Positions 21,179 through 30,853 of a stretch of 64,000 nucleotides of DNA are shown in pieces. The notes under the pieces are model-generated. The model searched no databases and was not told the DNA's origin. It worked only from the letters and a program-made list of their open reading frames with translations. Location of the stretch: positions 128,001 through 192,000 of the forward strand of contig CBDDEL010000016.1 in NCBI GenBank assembly GCA_965226885.1. Direction: 5' to 3'. The DNA comes from Opitutales bacterium. Lineage in GTDB: Bacteria; Verrucomicrobiota; Verrucomicrobiia; Opitutales; UBA2987. The translations under genes were made by a program, and so were the position numbers. Numbering within the stretch: position 1 is the stretch's first letter; every line of letters begins with the position of its first letter.

Positions 21179-23050
21179 ATGAATAAAGAAGCTATCGATT
21201 TGCTCATACGGCAGCAACCAAAATTAAAGAGTTCCCGGCCAAAACTGGAAGCCATGCAACCGGGTTTTTACTGCATTCACCGCAGTTGGGGTCTGGGCCA
21301 GATCAAGGATTACGATGAAAAGGAAAACAAACTGATCATCGATTTCGAGGAGCATAAAACCGGTCACGCCATGGACCCGGCCTTCTGCGTCGATAAACTG
21401 GAGATTTTGCAGCCAGACAATATTATCGTGAGGCACAGGGAAGATCCGGAATCGGTGGGGGAGATTCTGAAAAAGAAGCCAACGGACATTATCGTGGCTA
21501 TCCTCGGCAGCTCTGAAAAGGGAACCGCCCTCACCTCGGAAATTGAAAAAATCCTTCAACGGCTCCTCGGCGCGGACAAATATAAAAAATGGTGGACGGA
21601 CACAAAAAAACTCCTCGTCAAAGATCCACGCATCGCCGTGCCAGGGAAAAAGACCGCCCCCTACATATTGCGGGCAGAGCCAGTTAAAGCGGAAGAGGAA
21701 ATTCTGGAAGAATTTTTCTCCATCCAGGCCCCCAAAAAACAAATACTGCTGGCGGAAAAACTCCTCGTCCTCTCCATCACCCAAGAAGAACTAAAGGATC
21801 ATCTGCACGATATTCTACAAACATTGACCAAAGGGCTGCAGGAATCCAAAATCCTAAATCAAGGGGAGCGCCTGCAAGGCTTATGGGTACGCAATGACCT
21901 GGCCCGGTTTATTCATGAAGATGTGGAAAGCCTCTCCCCCACTTCCTCTTCGATCCTGGAGGATGTTCGCGATTTTTCCGGTCTGGCGGCTCAAATCCCA
22001 CCCAGCTATTTCAAACGGTTTCTAGACCTCATCTTTCGCACTTACACGGAGCGGTGGGAAAAAATCACTTTCGATCTTCTCAAAAACAGCAGCGGCAAAT
22101 TCACTACCGAATGCATCAATTTCCTTATTGAAAAAGGCCTCGAGGAAGACCTCGACCACAACTTGCACCGGTGGCTGGAAGAGCAAATAATCAAAGGCCC
22201 CCTTCTCCTTTGGATTTTGAAAAACCGCCACTCTCGCAAATTTACCAGAATGTTGAGCAAACTGATCTCCCCGCGCCTTTTCAATGCCATCTTTTACGCC
22301 ATTGACTATGAGGCATTGCACAATGCCGGAGCCAGGCGGATTCCCCTCTCCGACATTCTCAGCGACGATTCCGAGTTGATCTCCGAATTGCTATCGCAGG
22401 CCTCGCAGGAAACGGCCCAGGACCTTGCCACCACCCTCCTGCTCAACCAGGGATTTGAAGACCTTACCAAAAAATCCCTTCTGGCCAGATTTATACGGCT
22501 TTTCCCCAACGTCCAGAGCCTTGTCAGCGGCCCCCGCGACGACACCGAAGAAATTGACAAAAGCGATTTGCTCATCGTGTCCCAGGAAAGCCTCGAAGTT
22601 TATAAAAAGGATTATGAAATTTTATTGACGGAAAAAATACCCGAAAACAAAAAAGCCATCGCGCTGGCCCGGGAACATGGCGATCTTAAAGAAAATTCCG
22701 AATATAAGATGGCCCGGCAGGACCAGGACACCCTGCTGGCCCGCAAGGCTCAATTGGAGCGAGAATTAACCCTGGCCAGAGTGAGTGACTTTACAGACGC
22801 GCCGTCCGATGTGGTGGGTGTCGGAAATGTGGTCAAATTAATTGAAGGCTCCACCGGCAACTCTGTCACTTACTCTATTCTGGGTGCCTGGGACAGTCAT
22901 CCGGAAGAAAACATACTTTCTTACAAAACTCCCCTCGGCCAAAGTCTCATATCCAAAAAAGAAGGGGATGTGGTCAAAACTGTCATCGACGATACGGAAG
23001 AACTCTGGACGATTGAAAAAATTTCCCGCTGGGTCGATTTGCAGAAATAG
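21179..23050 (+). CDS. greA: GreA/GreB elongation factor with long N-terminal extension
   Basis: AREHGDLKENSEY, ILGAWD, SYKTPLG. Confidence 0.88.
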   Translation: MNKEAIDLLIRQQPKLKSSRPKLEAMQPGFYCIHRSWGLGQIKDYDEKENKLIIDFEEHKTGHAMDPAFCVDKLEILQPDNIIVRHREDPESVGEILKKKPTDIIVAILGSSEKGTALTSEIEKILQRLLGADKYKKWWTDTKKLLVKDPRIAVPGKKTAPYILRAEPVKAEEEILEEFFSIQAPKKQILLAEKLLVLSITQEELKDHLHDILQTLTKGLQESKILNQGERLQGLWVRNDLARFIHEDVESLSPTSSSILEDVRDFSGLAAQIPPSYFKRFLDLIFRTYTERWEKITFDLLKNSSGKFTTECINFLIEKGLEEDLDHNLHRWLEEQIIKGPLLLWILKNRHSRKFTRMLSKLISPRLFNAIFYAIDYEALHNAGARRIPLSDILSDDSELISELLSQASQETAQDLATTLLLNQGFEDLTKKSLLARFIRLFPNVQSLVSGPRDDTEEIDKSDLLIVSQESLEVYKKDYEILLTEKIPENKKAIALAREHGDLKENSEYKMARQDQDTLLARKAQLERELTLARVSDFTDAPSDVVGVGNVVKLIEGSTGNSVTYSILGAWDSHPEENILSYKTPLGQSLISKKEGDVVKTVIDDTEELWTIEKISRWVDLQK

Positions 23051-23116
23051 CATTTCAAAGGAGGCCGACGAGAAGCGTCCGCCTCAAAATTCCATACAAC
23101 CGTCTGAAAAGCCGGA

Positions 23117-24058
23117 ATGAAGACGATGGACCCTCTGGACACACTCAAGCTTCTGGCCGACTGGACCCGCTTGAGGATCATTTCGCTGCTCCGGGCGGAG
23201 GAACTCTCGGTAGCTGAAATGCAGGAAATTCTGGGCATGGGCCAGTCGCGCATTTCCTCCCATCTGGCATTGCTCAGGCAAGCCGGCATGGTTTCCCACC
23301 GCAAGGAGGGTAAAAGAAGCTTTTACTCACTCAATGCAGATATATCAGAGGACGGCGACAGCCTCATCGACAGCGCCTGCAAAGCCATTTCACGGAAAAC
23401 CGAGATCCTGGAAGATGAAAATAATTTGCGGCGCATTCTCGCTAAACGCCGAAAAGTCGTCGAAAAATATTTTAACGATGTGGCTGGAAGTCTGGGTAAG
23501 AAATATTGCCCCGGCCGTTCCTGGAAAGCTATCGGTCATTTCCTCCTGCACTTAACGCCCCCTCTGGTCATAGCCGACCTCGGTTCGGGAGAGGGGGAAC
23601 TGGCTCAAATGCTGGCCCGCCGGGCCAAGATGATTTACTGCATCGATAATTCCCCCCGCATGGTCAAGGCCGGAACCGATTTGGCCCGCTCCCATGGACT
23701 GAAAAATCTTCACTATAAACTGGGAGATATCGAGGACATTCCACTGCAGGCAGATAGCTGCGATATCGCCCTCCTCAGCCAATCGATTCATCACGCTCCC
23801 AATCCCCAAAGAGCCGTCAATGAAGCCTTTCGCATTTTAAAACCAACTGGCCGGGTAATCATTCTCGATTTGAAAAACCACAATTTTGAAAAAACACGGG
23901 ACTTGTACGCCGATTACTGGCTAGGGTTCAGTGAAAACCAGATTTACCAGTTTCTCTGCAAAGCCGGGTTTGAAAATCCCGAGGTCAATATCGTTCTGCG
24001 TGAGGAGAAGGAGCCGCATTTCGAAGTCATCCTCGGCAGCGGAATAAAGCCGTCCTGA
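23117..24058 (+). CDS. ArsR-family regulator fused to SAM methyltransferase domain (SahR-like)
   Basis: LADWTRLRI...QSRISSHLALL HTH; DLGSGEG; RILKPTG. Confidence 0.88.
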   Translation: MKTMDPLDTLKLLADWTRLRIISLLRAEELSVAEMQEILGMGQSRISSHLALLRQAGMVSHRKEGKRSFYSLNADISEDGDSLIDSACKAISRKTEILEDENNLRRILAKRRKVVEKYFNDVAGSLGKKYCPGRSWKAIGHFLLHLTPPLVIADLGSGEGELAQMLARRAKMIYCIDNSPRMVKAGTDLARSHGLKNLHYKLGDIEDIPLQADSCDIALLSQSIHHAPNPQRAVNEAFRILKPTGRVIILDLKNHNFEKTRDLYADYWLGFSENQIYQFLCKAGFENPEVNIVLREEKEPHFEVILGSGIKPS

Positions 24059-24319
24059 ATCGCGAGGTAAGGATTCCAGTGCTTTCTCGGAATGGAACAT
24101 TCTTGAGGTAGAGGCGAAAGAGATAGTGGGTCCTATGTTAAATTATTTGTAAATTCAGGTCTTTTGTTAAATTGACAAAGTTTTTGACCGACTTTCAGGC
24201 TAATCAGGGACTACACACATTACCCGGCAAGAAACTACGCCCAGTGCCTGGCTGGAAACTGGACCAATTCAGTATCGTTGTTCAAAAAACTGGATAGAAT
24301 TTACCCGTTTGCACCTAGT

Positions 24320-24887
24320 ATGAATAGAATCATGGAAGTTCAGCTCGGGAAAACCGTTATCGAACAAAACGAGCCGGGAGACGGTTTTTATGTTCTGCTT
24401 TCTGGAAATTTGGAGGTTTACCGGGACAAAACTTATCTCTGTTCCCTCAGTCAACGCGGGACCATTTTCGGTGAAATGAGCGGTATTTTATGTGAGCCGA
24501 GAACATGTTCTATTATTGCAAAGAACGAACGACGCTAAAGTCATTTTCGTTTCCAACGATGACATGATTGAATTTATTAAGGAAACGCCCGACATCGGCG
24601 CCAAAATCATCAAGACCTTGGCCAAACGATTGGCATCCACATCGCGAAAATTTGTCGAGAGTGCGGAGGTGCAGATCCCGGCGTCGGTGGAATTGCGCGG
24701 CCGCAGAATCAAGGAAAACGTGCTGGATAATTTGAAAGGCCTCGGATCGGCCCGCCGAAGAGCCCTTGACCTTCAGTTTGAGACCATAGACAACTTGAAA
24801 GATGCCAGCATCAAGGAGCTTCTGCAAGTCGAGGGCATCGGCCCGAAAATGGCTCAACAATTGCATAAAGTTCTGCGCGATCTTTAA
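24320..24887 (+). pseudogene. cNMP-binding domain fused to tandem helix-hairpin-helix domain, frameshifted
   Basis: IFGEMS...EPRTCS CNB; KGLG and EGIGPK HhH motifs; frame restored by deleting one GAAC (24523-24530). Confidence 0.75.
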
Positions 24888-25032
24888 AGTTTAATGGCTA
24901 GGATTATGGCCGGTGCCGCGCATTTCGCTTCCTGATTTGCGATGCCGATTGTCTTGCCAACTACATGCCAAATAATTTATGGTGGGATTTTCCGTCTGTC
25001 AGAATTTCCTTAAAACCTTCAGATTTTAAGCT

Positions 25033-25776
25033 ATGATACGATCCGGCAACCCTACTTTGACCGCCAAGACCTTCACTCTACAGGAAAGAGTGAGCTCAAC
25101 GGCGCAAATGACTATCCAGGGAACCGTCAATAAAACCGGGTTCCTTCTATTCCTGGTATTGATTCCGGCAATCTGGACCTGGGATCGTTTTATCTCCACC
25201 GGCGATCAGGCAAGCATTGTTCCCTTTATCATAGGCGGAGCCATTGGCGGGATCGTCATTGCCCTCATAACGGTTTTTAATAAAACCTGGGCTCCTTTCA
25301 CGGCGCCACTATACGCTTTGGCTGAAGGATTTGTGCTAGGAGGCATTTCGGCTATTTTCGAAAGTATTTATCCGGATATCGTCTTCCAGGCTGTGGGCCT
25401 GACCATGGGCGTTTTGTTCAGTCTCTTAATGGCTTACAAGAGCGGCTTGATCAAAGTGACGGAGAATTTCAAACTGGGCATAGTCGCCGCCACCGGCGGG
25501 ATAATGATGGTTTACCTAGCCAGTATGGTACTCGGCTTCTTCGGCATGGGCGTGCCATTCATTCATGAGAACGGGTTGATGGGGATCGGATTCAGTGCAT
25601 TTGTCGTCGTCATAGCGGCCCTCAACCTTGTCCTGGACTTCGATTTTATTGAAGCCGGGGCGAAAAACGGCGCCCCCAAATACATGGAATGGTACGGCGC
25701 GTTCGGGTTGCTGGTGACCTTGATCTGGCTCTATATAGAAATACTCCATCTGCTGGCCAAACTACGCAGCCGCTGA
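25033..25776 (+). CDS. Bax inhibitor-1/YccA family membrane protein
   Basis: SGNP, MT..GTVNKT, NLVLDFD, WYGAFGLLVTLIWLY.EIL. Confidence 0.9.
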   Translation: MIRSGNPTLTAKTFTLQERVSSTAQMTIQGTVNKTGFLLFLVLIPAIWTWDRFISTGDQASIVPFIIGGAIGGIVIALITVFNKTWAPFTAPLYALAEGFVLGGISAIFESIYPDIVFQAVGLTMGVLFSLLMAYKSGLIKVTENFKLGIVAATGGIMMVYLASMVLGFFGMGVPFIHENGLMGIGFSAFVVVIAALNLVLDFDFIEAGAKNGAPKYMEWYGAFGLLVTLIWLYIEILHLLAKLRSR

Positions 25777-26058
25777 TCGGCTATCGGCCCGGTTTTCGAA
25801 AGCAAGGGCGGCTACAGACCCTCTGCCTGAATAAAACATTTCGGTTTGTTAAAGATGGTGCAGGCCAACAACTGCGGACTCATCAGGAAGCCTGCCGCAA
25901 TCTAAAAGAGGTGCGCATGGCCGCCGAGCGCAGGTCTATACTGAAATTTTCCATCAACGCCTCATTCGTTGATTCATCTAGTTTCAATTCCTCATGTCTG
26001 AAATTTTGCCCAGGGCGTTCCGGGCTCCTAAACCCGATTTCTTCCAGGATATTAACTA

Positions 26059-27875
26059 GAGGCTGTCCCAAAAGGGTGATTTTTGCGAGGGCTTTTGATA
26101 GGCGCTCATTTTAGAGGTATTTGCATTTGGGAGAGTATCAACTTTGCTCTCCTATGACGTTAGGATACTGGTTTTGGGGTCCGGTTGCCTGGTTTTCTTT
26201 GTATGAGCCGACAGTAAGGCTGTGAAAAAGTATTGTCCTTGCTTTTCCGCTCTCTAGGCCGCCGCTTTGGTTTTTAGTTCGTCTTGCTGGGCCAGCATCT
26301 TGGCTACTTTCCATAGGTTGTGCGAGAGTACCGACCAGGCTACGCTGATCGAGCGGTTGGCAAAGCCTTTGCTGCGCAACCGCCCGGCCTGCCAGCGATT
26401 CTTCAATACCCCGATCCGCCCTTCGGTGCTGGCCCGGCGCTTTTGCAATTGCCTGAACAGTGGTTCCTCCCTCCGTTTTTTCAACTGCTTCGGATCGCGT
26501 GGACAGAGCGCGTCGTAGATTCCCTCCTGGGCTAACTGCCGGCGGGCCCGCTGGGAGGCAAATCCCCGGTCCGCGCACATGGCCGCTATGGGTTCTTCCA
26601 GGTTGAAGCGGTTCTGTCTTTGCAAACTCTCTTGCATTTGTTCATTTTCGCTTGGAGTTCGGCTGCCGTAGAGTTTCCAGTCCAGCAGGTACCCTTCAAC
26701 GCTTTCTCCCAAAAACAGGGTGTTGCCGAACTCGACCTCTTGGCCCGCTTTACCTCGCACAACCACCTGCCCATCGAGTTCGTAAACACTCAAGACTTTC
26801 TCTGCGTTTTTCACCTGGCGGCCGCCAATGATCCGCTCGTGCGCCTGTTTGATGACCACCGGGATTTGCTCGCTCATGCGCTCCATCCGGGCGAGGATCT
26901 GTTGGACCTGTTTTTCGCTGTAATCGCTTTGCTCCCAGCAGGCTTGCAATAATTCCCGGTGACTGCGGGCATGCTCCCCGATCCGTTTGAGCAGCTTTTT
27001 CATCTGCCTCAAGATACCCTTGCGCTGCCGCGCGCTGTCCTTTCGCCGCCGGCTGTGGGTCATCTGTATGCACAGCCGATTCATCTGCCGAGCCAAGGGC
27101 TCCGGTTCGATCGGCATGCGATGGCGCAAACCGGCCTTCTCGCGGATCAGCCGGATCGCTTTGAGCAACGTGCCGGCTACATCCTTGAGTAATACCCAGT
27201 CCGTCGGCCAATGAATGTTAGCCTCCAAACAGGTGCCGTCGATCAGGCAAATGGTGGTGTCAATCGGCTTGTCCAATCCCACCTGCCGGGCCAGAAGGGC
27301 ATCGCCCACCACCTCAGTCAAGGTCCGGTGCAAGGCCCTCAACTGCTCTTCGCTGAAAAACTTCGAGGCCCGCTCCAGGGTGCTTTTGGAGATGCCCCTG
27401 ATGCCATCGATCTGCCGGACACGGCAAAAGTCGGCCAACAGATCGCTGCTGCCCAGAGCCCGCGACAAATGCCGAAACGAAATCCCTCCGAGCAGACGGC
27501 CCAGCGTATCCATGCGCAGTGCCTTGATGGCAAAACTGGCCCGCTGCCGCCGGGCCTTTAGACCCATTGGCGGCCACCCCTCCAAGGCCAGCTCAATGGC
27601 CTGCGATTCCACCTCCGAGTCGATCAGCAGCCGATCGATTCGATCAATGGTGGCGCGGAAGTTATCGTAATCGAGGCACCGGTCGACCACAGTTAAAGCT
27701 GGACGCAGGAGGCATTGGATGGCTATATTTTTCATAGAAAGGGCTATATTGATTTTCGCTAACTCAATTATAGAACCCTTTTTTGGCCGGATCGAGCAAA
27801 AACTTGCTCTTTCCGGCTCTTTTTATCAACGTCATCCAGTTGACTATAAAATCTTTATATTTTTGGGACAGCCTC
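26059..27875 (-). mobile_element. IS5/ISNCY-like element, copy 2; transposase 26254-27735
   Basis: Near-identical to copy 1; flanks TTAACTA/TATTTAG do not match. Confidence 0.92.
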
Positions 27876-28168
27876 TATTTAGTGGCTGTCCCAAAAACCT
27901 GAATTTTGAGAAATGAGATATTCGACCCAGCATTGGAAGAGAGCGTAAATCATCAACCCCGTCAAAAAGCGCTGTATAAGGCATCTTTTAGTAATTGTAA
28001 ACGCCGGGATGAAACCGGTACGGGGGTCGGGGTAAAACCGGTACGCTTGGAATAAGGTTTAGGTTAGTAATTGCAGGTACGTCAAGGTTTAGGGTTTGGG
28101 AGTTGGTTTTGGGGATTGGCTTGGGGTCGGTGAGGAGGCCGGAGGCCGACGAGCCGGGCCCAAGGCGT

Positions 28169-28936
28169 TTATTGTTTTGTGCCACGGCGACGGCGTCGAG
28201 CATCGCGCAAGCGGTGGCTTTGCCCGTTGGCTTCGAGGATATGCACCCGATGGGTGAGTCGGTCCAGCAGAGCTCCGGTGAGCCGTTCGGAACCGAGCAC
28301 TTCGATCCAGTTCTCAAAGGGCAGGTTGGTGGTGACGATGAGACTGGTGCGCTCGTAAGCGCGGCTGACCACGTCGAAGAGCAGTTCGGAACCGGTCTTG
28401 GAAAAAGGGACGTAACCGAGTTCGTCGAGGATGAGTAGGTCGAGCCTTTCGAGTTGCTTCATGAAGCGCTGCAGGTCGTGGTTGTCGCGTTGCTCGAGCA
28501 TATGGGTAACCAGGGCGGTGACCCCGAAGAAACGGATCCGCGGGCCCTGGGCACAGGCGGCAAAGCCCAGGGCGGTGGCCAGGTGCGTTTTACCGGTACC
28601 GGCGTTACCGAGGAGCAGCACGTTTTCGCGCTGGTCGACATACTCCCCGCGCATGAGCTCTCGGATGAGCGCTTCGTTGATCGAGGGCTGCGCTTCAAAG
28701 GCGAAGCTCTCGAGGGTCTTGAGCACGGGGAAACGGGCGTTTTTGATCCGCCGCTGGGCGGCCCGCTGTTCGCGTTCAATGAGCTCCCGTTCGACCAGAT
28801 GCAACAAAAAGGCGGCGTAATCGAGCCGGTCCCGGGAACAAGCCGCGGCCACCGCCGGCCATTCGCGCAGGATGGTGGGCAACTTCAGTTTCTTGAGGTG
28901 ATGGTGTAACAGCAGCTGTTTTTTTTCTTCCTTCAT
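28169..28936 (-). CDS. istB: IS21 helper ATPase
   Basis: GNAGTGKT, LILDELGY, TTNL, LLDRLTH. Confidence 0.95.
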   Translation of the reverse strand: MKEEKKQLLLHHHLKKLKLPTILREWPAVAAACSRDRLDYAAFLLHLVERELIEREQRAAQRRIKNARFPVLKTLESFAFEAQPSINEALIRELMRGEYVDQRENVLLLGNAGTGKTHLATALGFAACAQGPRIRFFGVTALVTHMLEQRDNHDLQRFMKQLERLDLLILDELGYVPFSKTGSELLFDVVSRAYERTSLIVTTNLPFENWIEVLGSERLTGALLDRLTHRVHILEANGQSHRLRDARRRRRGTKQ

Positions 28937-30438
28937 AAAGCCCCTCCTGGAATCTTGAGCAGTTCGCTGTAGGCACCGAGGTCAGGGGCGGCCACACGGA
29001 CGTGACGCAGGTGTGGATGGCCGTCCAGCCGGAAGGTTCTGCTCCCGTAGTCTTCCTGAGGATAGAGATACTGGGCGATGGCCTCACGAGTCAGTCCCCC
29101 CACCCGCAGGGCCGAGACGACGGCCTGCTGCAAGGCCGCCATGGGGTGTTTCTCCAACAGCCGCAGCACCCGGATATACTCCCGGGTGCCTTCGCCCCCG
29201 CATTGGCTTTCGAGCCGGCGTCTGAGGACCTGCAGGCACTGCGGCAACTGCCAGCCCGAGAGTGGGCGGGCGAAGTCCAAAGCGCCCGGTTTTTTCTCCA
29301 GCAAAGCCAGGTAGTGCACCGGCTCGAAAGAGACTTGCTCTTTATCCCAAATGCGGCGGTGCCGGGCCACCTCTTGGCCCCCACAGAAGATCACCACCTG
29401 CCGACAGGACCCTTCCACCACCACCGGATGGTGGGCGCAGCGCACCGGCACCGAATAGTCGTTGCACTCGAAGCGCACCAGCGAGAGGCTGCTGACGCAG
29501 GTCGAGCGTTTGCGGCTCGCTTCAAAGGGTATGGGCGGCAACGCCAGCATGACGGCGCGCTCCTCGGCCAGCAGTTCCTTTTTCACCGCCCTTTTCCCGC
29601 GTAATTTACGCTCCATGTCCCGCTCACATGCCTCCAACAGCTTTGCGTTGAGTTCCTCCAGGTCCCGAACCTGCGGTACCGGTACCAGGAAGTTGGCCCG
29701 GGCATAACGCACGATCCCCTCGACCACGCCCTTCTCGTTGGGCCGGGCGGGCAGACAGAAGTGTTCCTCGAACAGGTAATGGCTCTGTAGCTGCAGAAAC
29801 CCGTCGGTCAGCTTGCGTTCACGCGAACCGATAATCTTACCCACCGCCACCTTCGAGTTGTCATAGCTGATGCGCCGGGGCACCGCCCCGAAAAACTCAA
29901 AAGCTCGCAGGTGCCCCTCCCAGAAGCTCTCCGTGCACTCCCGTTCGAACACCTGCACGAAAAAGGCATCGCTGTAGGGCAGGCTCATGGCAAAAAATGG
30001 CCGCCTACGCAATTGCCCCGCCTCCTTCACCAGGGCATGACCGAAGTCCACCTGTCCCTCCCCGGGGCGGTGCTCCAGCGGCACGAACACTTCCCGCCGC
30101 CTCGCTCGCAGCTCGGCCACCACCTCCTTGACCGCCGTGTAGCCCCCTTGGTAGCCCTTCTCCCGACCCAAACGCTGGTAGATCCGTTTGGCCGTATGGC
30201 GCTGCTTCTTGGGCACGTTCCGGTCCGCTTTGAGCACCTCCTCGATCCAGCCCACATACGGATCGATCTTGCGCTCTCGCCTCTTCTTGCGCCGGTATCC
30301 CGGCGGCTGGGAATAGGCCAGCATCTTTCCCAGGGTCTCCCAGTGCAGTCCCTCTTCTCGCATTACAGAGCGCTTGCTCTGCTTGTCCCGCAGCACTTTG
30401 TGCCGCACTCTTGTCCATTGCTTCATATCTCGATACAC
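28933..30438 (-). CDS. istA: IS21 transposase
   Basis: KQRHTAKRI, PGEGQVDFG, YDN, EKGVVE. Confidence 0.95.
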   Translation of the reverse strand: MYRDMKQWTRVRHKVLRDKQSKRSVMREEGLHWETLGKMLAYSQPPGYRRKKRRERKIDPYVGWIEEVLKADRNVPKKQRHTAKRIYQRLGREKGYQGGYTAVKEVVAELRARRREVFVPLEHRPGEGQVDFGHALVKEAGQLRRRPFFAMSLPYSDAFFVQVFERECTESFWEGHLRAFEFFGAVPRRISYDNSKVAVGKIIGSRERKLTDGFLQLQSHYLFEEHFCLPARPNEKGVVEGIVRYARANFLVPVPQVRDLEELNAKLLEACERDMERKLRGKRAVKKELLAEERAVMLALPPIPFEASRKRSTCVSSLSLVRFECNDYSVPVRCAHHPVVVEGSCRQVVIFCGGQEVARHRRIWDKEQVSFEPVHYLALLEKKPGALDFARPLSGWQLPQCLQVLRRRLESQCGGEGTREYIRVLRLLEKHPMAALQQAVVSALRVGGLTREAIAQYLYPQEDYGSRTFRLDGHPHLRHVRVAAPDLGAYSELLKIPGGAL

Positions 30439-30514
30439 TCCTCCTTTCTAGGATAAGCGTACCGGTTTTAAAGCGCCCTCTTTACCGTACCGGTTTTTCC
30501 CCGGCGTTTACAAA

Positions 30515-30694
30515 AGGAAAACTCGCGAACATCTCCGCGGTCTTGAGATCAAAGACAAGCCGGCAGGCATGTTAATCGTAATGCAGAATATCAAGCTCAT
30601 GCGCCCGGGGATGCTCCGTGAGTTCGAGAGAGCCGGATACACCTGTATTGGCAAGACCCCAAAAGGATTCGACCTCTGGATACACGATTTTTAG
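30515..30694 (+). pseudogene. 3' remnant of unknown gene truncated by IS21
   Basis: Open frame RKTREHLRG...GFDLWIHDF* from the IS end, no evident native start. Confidence 0.4.
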
Positions 30695-30853
30695 AAAGCT
30701 ATCGTTGTATACGGGATTGTGTTGAATCCCTTTCTGGTATAACTGAATAGAGGCTGTCCCAAAAACCGGTTCGACCTGAAACTAAACCTCTGCAAGTGCC
30801 ATCGCCCCAAAATCAAAAGAATCGGGCAGTAACGAACACCTCGTGCTATTAGA

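Larger units (their letters stand above)
27996..30512 (-). mobile_element. IS21-family element, copy 1
   Basis: IRs TGTAAACGCCGGG, internal AAACCGGTACG repeats; no TSD. Confidence 0.95.

Noticed and set aside
21179..23050. Oversized GreA as a novel fusion
   Set aside because: Long N-terminally extended Gre factors are known, for example in Chlamydiae
24955..24985. Sigma-54-like GG-N10-GC on the minus strand
   Set aside because: Points into the 3' end of a plus-strand gene with no target ORF
15393..27875. Composite transposon or inversion between inverted IS5-like copies
   Set aside because: Copy 1 has its own perfect TSD, outer flanks do not match, and the cargo is housekeeping
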